Shown here: piece after piece, positions 23,991 through 35,709 of the stretch
Position numbering within the stretch: the first letter of the stretch is position 1
Layout: every line of letters starts with the position of its first letter
Assembly: GCF_009834535.1 (NCBI RefSeq)
Contig: NC_045696.1
Coordinates: forward strand, 11,844,001 to 11,908,000
Source of the DNA: Camelus ferus
Taxonomy: Eukaryota
DNA: 64,000 bases
Direction of reading: 5' to 3'
Translations under genes and position numbers: made by a program
Notes under the pieces: generated by a model
The model's database searches: none
What the model saw: the letters and a program-made list of their open reading frames with translations, nothing else
Told to the model about the DNA's origin: nothing

Positions 23991-25086
23991 AATTTAATGG
24001 TTGGCACCATCCTTACTTGCTCTGAGTCACTTCCAAGGTCTCCCACGATGTTTTCTGCATTAGGGTGGCCTCGCCTGGGGTGCTTCTGGTTGAGTTAAGG
24101 ACTGACAAGCCTGCAATTAACTTGGCCAGATGCACTCAGGCTGGCAGGTGGGTGTGTCCCCGAATGTCAGCTTGCATGTTGCGTCACCCTTCTGTTGCAT
24201 TTCTGTGCTCCCGCCTTGCGTTCTCTCCTCCCACCTCCCAGCAAAGCCATCACCAGACGGAAACAAAGCAGAATGGGTACAGCCTAAGGACTGAAAAACA
24301 AGCCCTTTCTGGATTTCCTCGTGCCAGGTGCATCCCAGGTGACTAGAAGGGTGGACCTTTTGGTTCATATGCAAGTCGAGGGGTGTGATTAGTGAGAAGT
24401 GCCCCATGGCTCTAGTTGGAGGTATCGACTGTGCCCTTCGGGTCTGGGTCGGAATTTATTGTTGAGCTGAGGAGGACACTGACGGTCATCCAAATTCCCT
24501 TTCTTCTTATGCAGAAACCCCTTCATGCAGGAACACCTGTGACCTACGGGCCTCTATCTGTCCCTCCAAATACCACTGGAGATCAAAATTCTGTCACTAA
24601 GCAGCCTCGTTCCATTTTGGCAGGGGTGTGTCTCTAATTTTAATTATATCCTCTTCCAATGCCTTCACCAGTCGGCACCTCAAGTATCTGAAGATCGTTG
24701 CTGTGTCTTCCCTTTCTCTCTCTCTTTCCAGGTTAAACGTTACCGTTTCCTGTAGCTCATTCCTGGGGCTTTGTTCTTAGACCACGCAGAGTTCTTCTGC
24801 TTTCTTTTCCGAGTCGTTCTGCAGACTGTCAACGACCTCCTTGGAGTAGGTTGTGTTTCCTAGAGCTGATCCCATTATTCCAGCTGTGTTTTGATCACAA
24901 CCTTCATTTTTCTAGATCCCTTCTTAGCTTTTACAGCATGTAGTTTTTTTTTTTTTCTTTCTTCTGCAGCCACATGACCCAGTTGTCTCCTTGACCTTTC
25001 AGTTATCTAGATGGTGTGGAACCACGTGTGTACCCGTCTTCCCCACCAGTTCCTGTCTTGCTGATCGTATTTAAACTTAGGTTTCT

Positions 25087-25291
25087 TTACTTTCTTTCTT
25101 TCTTTCTTTTTTTTTATTGAAGTACAGTCAGTTACAATGTGTCAATTTCTGATGTACAGCAGAATGTCCCTGTCATGCATATACATATGTATTCATTTTC
25201 ATATTCTTTTTCATTAAAGGTTATTATAAGATATTGAATATAATTCCCCATGTTATACAGAAGACATTTTTTTAAAATCTATTTTTATACA
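25087..25291 (-). mobile_element. Young L1 3' end
   Basis: T-tail plus 'attgaagtacagtcagttacaatgtgtcaatttctgatgtacagca'. Confidence 0.85.
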
Positions 25292-26220
25292 TAAACTGGG
25301 ATTTCTAATAGAAGTTTGTATGGACCTAGATTAAATTTTATCTTTAGTGTGTCTGGATCTTTCCATTGCCTCTGTCAGGTCAGTTAGTGAGGCGACAGCA
25401 AAGGTGTTCTTCTGTCCTTTAGTTGGGACATAGGACGGTTTCTTAAGAAGCCAGCCATTTCAAAGTACTCCCACCTCTTTAACTCTGATGTTCAGTGATA
25501 CCAGCCACCACCAGCAAGTCTAGATTATTGGAAAGTACAAGGAAAGAAGAGACGAAGAGAAAAATTGGGTCTATCATGGGAAGTCGTGAGTTCCCAGAAT
25601 TTTGTTTTGTTTTGTTTTATTCTATTCTATTCTAGTGGCAGCTCATTGGAGTCTACAGGTCAACAGACATTGCAGTAGATGTTGTGTCCACTTTCAAGTG
25701 GTTCTGCCTTGATACTTAAGTAGGCCTGTACTTCAGCCAGCCCTATGAATAAGCCTAAAATTGTCAGTTTCCCCCCAGCGTGGAAGAGCTGTTCCTCTTG
25801 GGCAGTTCGGTAGGTGACTAAGTGCTGTTTGGCTTGGAGGAGCCCAGGCCTCATCACTTTTACTGGCTCTCACTGGTAACCAACTGGGTTTTCTCTTCTA
25901 CTTCACTTAAGATCGTCAACAAAGACTTTTACCTTATTTTTTCTTCTTCTTGTTGGATGCTTGACTTGCTATGAGAAATCAGAAGAGTGATTTTTATTGA
26001 AAGAAGGTAGGATTTGCTGTCACAAAATGTGGGTTGGACTCCTGGCTCCCCACCCACTAGTCCTGGGACTGTGGCCAAGAGACAAAACCTTCCTGAGTCT
26101 CAGTAGCTCCCCTTGTACACGGAGAGCACAGGGGTGTCATGAGAATTCAGTGGTGGAACTCTGCGAAGGGCACTTTCGTGGTTTGAAAGGTGATAATTAA
26201 TCACCCCCTTCTCTTCCCAG

Positions 26221-26404
26221 ATTTCAGCGCCAATTGATGACTATAACCGAGAATTCAGACAGATGGGAGGTCAGGATACCAGCCTTATTACAGAAGGAGC
26301 CGGTGGGAGAACAGGCTTAGAGGCGAGGGCCAAATGGGCTTGCTCACCACCCTTCCCCATGCGCAGGGCTGGCCAACCCTGGGAACAGGGCAGAGGAGGA
26401 AAAG
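26221..26404 (+). other. Candidate exon (184 nt) with strong splice sites
   Basis: Acceptor cccccttctcttcccAG| and donor AAG|GTAAGT; one frame is open throughout. Confidence 0.4.
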
Positions 26405-26549
26405 GTAAGTCTTGAAGGTGGTCGGCTCCAGAAGACAGAATCCAGAAGGCAACAGGCATCACGTGTTCAGTATCTTCTTCCAATTCACCAACCAGGGAAG
26501 CCCTTGTCTTTCCTGCGAGGAATGAGTTAGGGGTGTTGAAAGAGAAGTG

Positions 26550-27003
26550 GTGTTAGTTTCCTGGGGTAGCCATAACAAAGTGTCACAGACTGGGGAGCTT
26601 AAACAGCAGAAATGCCTTGTCTCACAGTTCTGGAGGCTGGAAGTCCAAGGTCAAGTTTCCTCCTGATGCTTGGAGGGACAATCTGTTCTATGCTTCCCCC
26701 CACCCCTCCCAGCTTCTGGCAGCTGGCTGGCAATCTTCAGCCTTTCTTGGCTTGGGGAATTGCCACCCCAATCTCTGCCTTCATCTTCACATGGTGTTCT
26801 CCCAGTGTGCTCCTCTGTGTCCAAATTTCCTGTTTATGAGGACACTGGTCATATTGGATTGGGGGCCACCCTCCTCTGGTATGACTTTATCCTAACTAAT
26901 AACATCTGCAGTGACCCCATTCCAAATAAGACCACATTATGAGGTTTGGGGGGTTGAGACAGTGACATGTGAATTTGGGTGGGGGACATAATTCAACCCA
27001 GAG
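26550..27003 (-). mobile_element. MaLR solo LTR (MLT1C-like)
   Basis: gtgttagtttcctggggtagccataacaaag...ggggacataattcaaccca. Confidence 0.85.
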
Positions 27004-27103
27004 TTAGAGGTCTGCTTTTTTTCCTTCCAGGAGGATGGAAAAAGATTCTTCCCACCGTGAGGAGTAGTAGGTGTTAGTACACAGTAGGTGCTCAGTAGTT
27101 TTC

Positions 27104-27524
27104 TGTAATGGACTAAACTGTGGTCCCCCCACCCCCAAATTCGTATGTTGAACATGTGAATTCACCCCCACCCCGGCACCACCCCCGGTGACTACATTTG
27201 AATATAGGGCCTTTAAGGTGATAATTAAGGTTAAATGAGGTCAAAGAATAGGGCCCTGATCCCATAGGGAGAGTGTCCTTCTAAGAAGGGCAAGGGACAC
27301 CAGAGTGCCTTCTCTCTTCTTTCACGCAGAGGAAAGGCCTTATGAGGACACAGTGAGAAGGTATTTGGGCTACAAGCCCAGGAAGAAAGGTCTCCTCAGA
27401 AAGCAACCCTGCCAACACCTTGATCTTGGACTTCAGCCTCCAGAGCTGTGGGACAATAAATTCCTGTTGTTTAAGCCACCCAGTAGGTGGTGCTTTGTTA
27501 TGGCCACCCAAGTGGACTAAGACA
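27104..27524 (+). mobile_element. MaLR solo LTR (MLT1B-like)
   Basis: tgtaatggactaaactgtgg...gactaagaca; near-TSD ttttc/ttctc. Confidence 0.85.
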
Positions 27525-27585
27525 TTCTCCTTCCTTCCTAAGATGCCAGCTGTGTGCAGTTCTGTTCACGGTAACGTTGGCCATT

Positions 27586-27634
<49 letters not shown>

Positions 27635-27737
27635 TTTATTTTTAAATTTTTCTAATGGAGGTTCTTGGGATGGAACCCAGGACCTTGCACATGCTAAGCA
27701 TGCGCTCTATCACTGAGCTATACCCCCATCCACCCCT
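27586..27737 (-). mobile_element. vic-1-like SINE with A/(TA)n tail microsatellite
   Basis: Antisense tRNA-Ala-like head; ttggccat repeated at 27577-27584 and 27741-27748. Confidence 0.85.
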
Positions 27738-28284
27738 GCATTGGCCATCGTTGAGGTCAGGGTTGGTGAGCCTGCCTTTACTCTGACACAGAACAGGGTG
27801 GTAGCTTCTGGTCTGTGTTATTTCCAGTCTTCTGTCTTCACTTAGTGGATTGGATCGTGAAGGATGAGAAAGCTGAAGCAGTTTGCTCAAAGCCACTTTA
27901 GTAGATTAGGCAATGGAACCCGAGGGCGAATCCCAAGGCTGTCAGAGCTCGCTTGGGTAAATCCAGAGCAAATATACTTAATTCTTTATTTAAAAATGCA
28001 ATTCACAGTGACATGGGAATGTCATTGAGTAGCAAAGAAATGAAATAAAGTGGGTCAGTGACACACTGCACTGTTTTATGATAAATGTAGGTTAACTGAT
28101 TTAATGGAAAACCACAATCTAAGGGAAAGTGGACTTGAAAAGCTTAAGCCCTTGAAAAATCTCCAATTACCCAATTATGACTGGGAGAGAGTAAGTGCAG
28201 CTCTTTGAGGCTAAACCTTTCATCCACAAACACTTCTGCTCTGCCTTGCAGTTGAAACTGCTGCTTTAATTCAAAGTATTCTTA

Positions 28285-28650
28285 TTGGATGGTGACTGTG
28301 TACCTGGGTTTGTGCTAGGCATTAAGCACTGAGAGATAAAATGTGTAGGTGCTGTTCTGAATTAGCAGAACGTTTAGTGGACAACAGCCACTAACTAAAT
28401 GGACAGTGGCCACACAGCATTGCAGATGTTGCCTGAGAGGGCAGAGAGAGGTCATCACAGCACCCTGTGGGGGAACACTGGGGGCAGGGGGGCATCTCAC
28501 ATAGACCAAGGGCAGACATCAGGGATGGCTTTCCTAAAAGAGGCAGTTCTTGATCTGAGTTTTGGGTTACTCAGGCAAAGCTGAGTAATGGTGTCTCAGG
28601 CAGAGAAAAAAGTAAGTGTACCAACATGGACATAATGGGGGGGATAGCCT
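28285..28650 (-). mobile_element. L2 fragment
   Basis: 'gacatcagggatggctttcctaaaagaggcagttcttgatctgagttttg'. Confidence 0.6.
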
Positions 28651-28754
28651 CCTGGAGGACTGTGTACACACAGATACTGCCTCTTTGTCTCCTTCTCCCC
28701 CTTCTTTTCCTTCCTCCTTCTATTACATCGTGGTGTTTTGGTAAAAAGACTTTA

Positions 28755-28921
28755 GGGGCGGATAAAAAGTCCTGATTTGTAGTGTTTGCCAATTTCCATG
28801 GTGTAAATATTCCCACTGTGGTAGATTCCAAGTTACCTAGATAATGTTGACTGGCCCAGAACATTTAAAAAACTTTAGCAATTGGTCATAAACCTGTACA
28901 ATCTCACTCAGTAGACTACTG
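28755..28921. mobile_element. MER63-like hAT element
   Basis: 'ctgatttgtagtgtttgccaatttccatggtgtaaatattcccactgtgg'. Confidence 0.6.
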
Positions 28922-28926
28922 TCTCC

Positions 28927-29184
28927 CATCTATCCTCCATCATTCATACGTCATCCACCCACTCACCCATCCATCCATCCATCCATCCATCCATCACTCA
29001 TCCATCATCCATTGATCCACCTATTCATCTATCACCCATTCATCTATCTACTCATTTATTCATGCGTCTATCCTTTCATGATCTACTTATTATACATCCA
29101 TCCACCTATCCATCCAGCATCCATCCATCCACCCATCTGTCCATCCATTTATCCAGTCTGTCCATCCATCCATCCATCCATCCA
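28927..29184. repeat. Degenerate (CCAT)n simple repeat
   Basis: ccatccatccat runs over about 260 bp. Confidence 0.95.
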
Positions 29185-29959
29185 CAAGCATAGTTTTAAC
29201 CAAACAGCATCATAGGAATAAATCATGTTAAAGATTTTAGAGTTCCTTTAGTCAATTCCTCTCATTTTATTTTATTTTTTTTTTCTCTCATTTTATAGGC
29301 AAGAAAACATATCTAGAGAGAGGAAGTGACTTTCTTAAAGTCTATTTGTAGAACTGAGATTAGGAGTCTTGGCTTCAGAATTTAAGTCTGCAGCTGCCTC
29401 CCTTAAGGAAAGAAAACACAACCTCAAATATGGCTTGGTAATTCCTGAGTTGGAACAATGTGGAATTCATGTTGCACACACCACAGTTCTGTCAGTCTCT
29501 GCTTTTCTGTGACAGTCCTAATGCTTATGAAAGTGTTTTTGTTGTTCCTTGTCTCAATAGTTGCTGCTCCCAGCAGGCTCACAGTTTCCCTCGCAGGGGG
29601 TTGAAACTGTCCCTGTTGAAGTAACATTCTTCTCCCAGCTTGTAGCAGTGGGCTTCAGAATTTAATTTAGCAGTTGGCCCTTGATATTTGTTCAGTCTTG
29701 GATGTTTCTGGATTTCATTTCTCTCTCTCTCTTTCTCACTTTTGTGATACAGACATCTCTCCTTTGGGACTCCAGCTCAAGCCACTCACTAGTGGTGCTA
29801 ACCAGCTGCTTCTTGGAAGCCCCATTTGTGTTGGGATGAGCTTCCTTGGAAGTAACTACAGATTTAAAATTTTCTTTTCTTCTTCCAGGACTTCTAGAGT
29901 GTGTCTCAGAGCTTTGGGGAGATGAATAATTGATACTGCTTTTGATGGTCTTTGTTTTT

Positions 29960-30131
29960 TTTTTTTTAACTGAAGTACAGTCAGTTTACAATGTTCTGTC
30001 AATTTCTGGTGTACAGCATAATGTTTCAGTTATAATATATGTACACATACTCACTTTCATATTCTTTTTCATTATAGGTTACTACCAGATATTGAATATA
30101 GTTCCCTGTGCTCTACAGTATAAACTTATTG
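29960..30131 (-). mobile_element. Young L1 3' end with TSD
   Basis: ttttgatggtctttgttttt at 29940-29959 and 30132-30151 (overlaps the T-tail). Confidence 0.9.
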
Positions 30132-30151
30132 TTTTGATGGTCTTTGTTTTT

Positions 30152-30289
30152 ATCTATCTGTTTATTTATTCTTTACTGAAGTATAGTTGATGTACAATAT
30201 TATATAAGTTTCAGGTGTACAACATAGTGATTCACAATTTTTAAAAGTTATATTCCATTTCTAGTTACTATAAAATTTGGGTGTATTCC
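30152..30289 (-). mobile_element. Second L1 3' end of a different subfamily
   Basis: 'tgaagtatagttgatgtacaatattatataagtttcaggtgtacaacatagtgattcac', similar to the 10.2 kb L1 terminus. Confidence 0.85.
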
Positions 30290-31443
30290 TTGTTGGTCTT
30301 TAAATTGATGTCAACTCTGGGAGAGTGGGGGTGGCTCTTAATATCTGAGAAGCTTTATTTTGAGACTGCGGACAAATTAGCTGATGAATCAGATGTGCCA
30401 GAGGACTCTGTTTAAAACTAGCTTAAATGTTGTGATGCTGAGTGACAAGAGCAAGTTGCTGGGAGATGCCTTAGGGTGCTACTTCTGTTAAAAGTAAGTG
30501 CGCAAATTGGAGGTTACCCCTGGGGAATGAAAATGAGGGTAGTAATGACTTGAAGAGAAAACGTTCCACCTTTTAACTTCAGTATGTTTCTGTATTGTTT
30601 ACTTATTTTTTCTTTTTAATTATAAGCATGTAAGAAAGCAGCCTAAACAGAAAGCCTGGTTACATTTTAATAGGACTCATCTGGGTATGGGCAATCAACT
30701 TTCTAGTATCTTCTTAAGATAATTTGACATTTGCCAAATGTAAAGTCTATGTGTGTCTAGTTTATAAATTGTAATTTAGCAATTTTAGATACAGTTAATT
30801 TTGGCTGCTAGAAAATCATAAGATGTATTCAAACTTGCTCAGTAAGGGCAGAAATTTAAACTTAAACTTCACCGTGAATTCTCCCTTCACCTGATAATTT
30901 TTACCAATTGTTGCTTAATGAGATTAATCATCTCCTCGGTTGCACTGCCTGAGCTGGTCATTTTTCAGGACTTCTTACAGAGATTCTAAACTCTCCTGGT
31001 GATAACTCTGCGTGCTGACATGGGGCCATTACGTTTTTCCAGTGCTCCTTGACCGTGGTGCTCTCGGCTGCCTTGGATGAGGGGAGTCACTTGATTTCAC
31101 TGTTTTTGCAGAAGATCATCATGTTCTGTGATCCCAGCAATCCTGCCTTCCCTCCTCTTTCCCCTGAAATGAACTTTTCCCTGTACTTGACAATTCTGTC
31201 TTCATCTTTAGGATGTCCTCTGGTGTTCTGATCTCAAATTAGGAAAAATAAATTGAGTCCCATTCCTGGTGGCTCTGAACATTTGAAAAGGCAGGGAATG
31301 TCCTGCATATTGTACAAGAAGTAGTCAGATCAGTTTGTCATAGGCTAAAATGGAAAAATAAATGTGACTGCTTATTCAGACATTTGCAAAACGATGCAGG
31401 CTGCCTCTCCCAACTGTTTTTTTTTTATTAAAACCATTTTCAG

Positions 31444-31458
31444 GAATGTGTGGAGTAG
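31444..31458 (+). other. Candidate 15-nt microexon, or 3' end of an alternative first exon
   Basis: ccattttcAG|GAATGTGTGGAGTAG|GTAAGT in repeat-free sequence. Confidence 0.35.
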
Positions 31459-31809
31459 GTAAGTGATATGTTACTGGTACAAAGCACAATTGTGATTATA
31501 TTAGCAGGGGATTGTGGTTCCTCTGTCTTCCAGTCTCTGCAAACCTCTTCTGAGTTATTAAGTTGGACTATATGAATCACGAAACTGAGCTACCAAAAGG
31601 GCAGTTTCATCCAATTCGACCTAAGGGAGCTTATTTTCTGAGTTGTAAGACATGGGAAATACGTGTCTACATACATGAGATGGACATGTTTTTAGGAAGC
31701 GCACATTTTTTTTTTTTTTCAGTTGAACCTGTCTCTAATGGTTAGTGTTCACTTGGTTGACACTTGTTGTTTCCTCACTACCTTTCAGAAAGTATCTGGA
31801 GCAAAATTG

Positions 31810-31822
31810 GTTGCCTGGCAAC
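31810..31822. promoter_or_regulatory. RFX X-box palindrome
   Basis: GTTGCC-T-GGCAAC with two perfect half sites. Confidence 0.55.
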
Positions 31823-34079
31823 ATGTTCTAGCCCAGGCGGGTTGGAGAATGGGTCAGTGATTAACAATTATGTACAATCAAGTTTAAAAATGTGTAGCAG
31901 CCTGCAGCATTAATGCTCTGACCACCAGGAAGCATCAGCGTTCTGCTGGCCTGGGTTTATGACTATTGTATGTGGATTTATTGCAGTTGTGATCTGGACC
32001 TCATGGTTGCAATTCAGAAAAATGTTGCTGTGGACCGAAATAGGCTTCTGGTGCCCCTCTGTCCATTGGTCCATTTTGCAGAAGCATCTGACACCCATCA
32101 TTTGGTTGGCTGCTTCTCTAGACACTCATCCCTTTGAAAAGTGAAAAGAGAAAATGAAGAATTTGGATCTTTATGATTGTTGTCATCTCAACAAATTGGC
32201 CCCTATTAGTGAATCTGTAATTTGCCAGAGAACAAGTACACACGAAATGCGTGCTGACGGCTCCCTCACTCAACCCAAATCATTCTTTCAAGAGTTACGA
32301 ATGCTGGGCAGACATTCTTCCTGAAGTGGCCCAAGCCCTTAATTGTTTCTTTTCCTTCCGTTCCAGCAAAAGAGAAGACACACTTTGTATAATCTGGTCC
32401 TCACTTAAATCTTTCTGTCAGCACAAATATCAGTGGGGTAAATCCTGCAAACAGCAGTAAAGCTAGGAGGTTTTTTTTTTCTTTTTTTTTAAATAACTCT
32501 GGCAAAGCTAATAAAAGCACATTTCATTGTGGAGAATCATTGAGTTTAATTGGCCAATCAATTTTTAGGCCTTTTCCATTTGTATTTTGTTTAATCAACA
32601 AAAATAAATCGCCCTGCCAACCTTGAAAGCTCCAAGTCGGAGAACAGTGGCAAATATTTTGTTGGCCCTGCCAAAAGTGCTTTCCAACAGAAATGTCTTA
32701 ATTGAAGATGATTTATATTCAGAAGCAGGGACGTTTTATCATTTGTCTGAAGAAGGAAAAAGCTGTGTAAGCAAGTAGTATGCAACTGTTTTTTTTTTTT
32801 TGGCATTGTTTTTGACATTTATCTACACTCTTTATCTTTCAGATGTTTATAGAAAAGTGACCGTCCCTGCCCTCCGTGTCGGTGATTCGGGCTCCATGTC
32901 CTCGTGTAGCTGTCAGATAGCCCCTGTACTCTTTGATGGGAGGTTTTTTGTTTTTTTTGTTTGGCTAAGGAGGGCTTCTAAAGCCTTTTCCCTGCTTCTG
33001 CAGGGTTTTGCTGACCCTGAACCCTGCTCTCTGGGCCTTTGGTGGGAAATGGCTGACATCTTAGTTGGGAGGCAGGCCCCACGAGCGTGCCCCAGGGATG
33101 TAGTTCCATCTTGCTTTGTTGGTAGGAAGACCTCCTTAGCCACACGGACCACGAGGTCTCAGGGGACACTAGACTGCTGTGATCTGGGCGGGTGATGACC
33201 TTCCCTGAGGGCTGCGGGAATCCACTTTTGGCTTTTGCTGCCTTCTCTGCACTCCAGGGAAGGGGGAGAGATGACAAGAAGTACCATTTACTTCCTGCCT
33301 CCACGGCGTGTTTTTGTTTCTCAGGACAACCCTGCGAGTGAGGTCGCTCGACCCCATGTGTCTGGTGAGGAAGCTGAGGTTCCAAGAACATCAGTAATGG
33401 TTTGTCTGGGGAGTGGCTGTGGTCGGAATCCTGTTCCGTCTGTGTCTGACTGTCTTCCATTTCACTGGTGCTGGAAGCCAGAAAAGATACCCCCCACCCC
33501 TCAATACACCAGTTTCACTGACCTGGGTTTCCCCTGCAGGGCTCCTGGGACGCAGGTGCTGTAGGGTGATGGTGGCCGATGGTCTGTGAGTGCCTGTTGT
33601 GTGCCTGGCATGTTTCCAAGAGCTTGTGGCATCCTCACTGTCCTATTAGCTGCAGCTGTTCTCATCTTACCAATGAGGAAACTGGGGCCCTCAGTGGTTG
33701 GGGGACTGGCAGGGCTCTGTGTGGGATGGAGGCTTTTGTCCCTGTTAGGTGACCTTGCTCAGGTGGCTGTCACTCCCTTTTGGCATCTGCCCTGGTGTGG
33801 AATTGGAGGTTGATTTTATAGGCTTCTGTTTGTGCCTGAGATCTCTGCATTAGTGGAGGAGGTGGAGAAGAGCTCTGATGTCAATTCTAAAACAGACCCG
33901 GGAAGGCATTTACTGGGTCTTAGAAACACTTTCTCAATGACAACCCACACAATGCTATGAGGTTCATACTGAATGGTATAGGGGGAAACTGTAACTCAGA
34001 GAGGGTGAACCACCTATCCTGGGTCACACAGCAGGTGAAGGGCAGGGCTGGGCTCAGGCCACGTGTCTGTAAGGTAAGA

Positions 34080-34560
34080 GCTGACTCCTCGGTAGGGGCT
34101 CGCACCTGCCCCCTCCCACCTGACCCCGGACGGGGCACCTGCTGACTTTCTTGTGGGATCAGCTCTGCTAGCCTCCTGCTCCCCGCTCCCCCGAAACCCC
34201 CCCGCTCGGCTGCCTGCACACTCTGCCTTGCCTCTGCGCCCCAAGCTTTTCAGAACAACAGGACGAGATTTTCCACGTCCCGGAACTGTTTTTGCTATTG
34301 CTTGTGGATCCGAGCACCTGCTGAGCTGATGAGCTTTTGCAATGTCACTTGACTGTTGGGAGGGAGCTGTGAGCGACTTGCAGGAACACACCGTCCCAGC
34401 TGCCTCCCTCGGGCAGGCGGTGGTGGGCGGCACGGAGGCGGTGGTTCCTCCCCCGGCCCCGCCCCCGGGAGAGGGCAGGAGGCGGTATTCCTGGGCTGCG
34501 GGCGGTGGCGGGCGCGGCTGGCATGGGGTACCCATCGTCAGCCCAGCCGTCTCTCTTCCC
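34080..34560. promoter_or_regulatory. Small intragenic CpG island (alternative promoter or enhancer)
   Basis: Dense CpG; GC box ggccccgcccc at about 34455; repeat-free core. Confidence 0.6.
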
Positions 34561-35039
34561 CTGGGCAGATGGTGGCTGTTTTTGTGCTGTGTTTCTCTGA
34601 CGGCTTTGGCTCTCCATTTTGGGGTCCACTTTTGAGAACACAAGTCTATTTTTGACCTTTTTCTTTCTAGATTTCTCTTTTTAGAGAATAGCCCATGTAT
34701 ACCAAATTCTGTATACAAATTCTGGATTTTCATGGGAACCTTTACACTTAGAGCCTCCTCGAACATATGCCTCATTCCCTGTACAAATGCCATGAAATCT
34801 CGCTTAAAAATTGTGTCTGCTCGCCCCCACCCCAATCTCACTGCCCAAATGAGAGTAAATATGGAAAATTAAATTTGTGATTCTCTGTCCATCCTCTCTT
34901 TTCATTGCTGTCAGAGGCTGGGCAGGGACATATATGACACTGCTCAAAGAAGTGGCAGAAGAGAGTTTAATGAAGGTTGTCATGGAGCGGAGAAACAGAA
35001 AGGGGAGTAGGGCAGACTGGTGCAAAGGGAGGGGCCCTC

Positions 35040-35375
35040 TGTCTTAGTGCATTCAGACTGCTAGACGGGGTGACTTATACACAGGGTACATCTCTCACAG
35101 TTCTCAAGGCTGAGAAGGCCAAGGCCAAGGTGACGGTGGATTCAGTGTCTAAGGAGTGCTCACGTCTTGGTTTGTAAGATGGCTGTCTTCTCTGGTGTTG
35201 TCACATGGTGGACCCCGTGAGGGAGCTCTCCAGGGTCTCTTTTATAAGGGCACTAATGCCACTTGTGAGGGCCCCACCCTCGTGACCTGATCACCTCCTA
35301 AAGGCTACCTCCTGAGACTATCACCTTGGGGATTAGAGTCCAACATACAAATTTGAGGGGGCATAGTCTATGACA
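35040..35375 (-). mobile_element. MaLR solo LTR (MLT1A-like) with 5-bp TSD
   Basis: tgtcttagtgcattcagactgc...gtctatgaca, flanked by CCCTC at 35035-35039 and 35376-35380. Confidence 0.9.
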
Positions 35376-35694
35376 CCCTCCAACCCCCAGAAGTAAGCGT
35401 AGAGGGAGAGGGTCGCCCGGAGAAGCTGGGACCTGTGGTGGAGAGACCCCCCCCCCAGGTGACCCTGCAGGCAGGAAGCAGAGGGATTCATGTTCCTTCC
35501 TCCCCTCCTCTCCTTCTACTCTCCTGGCTTCTACTGGTACTTCCCAAGGGGCCAGAGGGCAAAAGAGCCCAGCTGACACCGGCCTCAGAGGTCAGCCTCC
35601 CAGGACACAGATTCCAGTGAAAGAAGATGGGAAGTAGTCTGAAGGGCAGAGAATATTTTTTGCATCGCACTTCTGAGTCTTAAATCATTTTTAT

Positions 35695-35709
35695 CCTGTA
35701 GGTGGCGCT
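35695..35709 (+). promoter_or_regulatory. CTCF-like motif
   Basis: CCTGTAGGTGGCGCT compared with the core CCASYAGRKGGCRS. Confidence 0.4.

Noticed and set aside
34014..34841. Longest ORF (275 aa, - strand)
   Set aside because: Crosses a GC-rich island and a MIR-like fragment, shows no recognisable domain and has no ATG at the called start; typical of a chance stop-poor frame.
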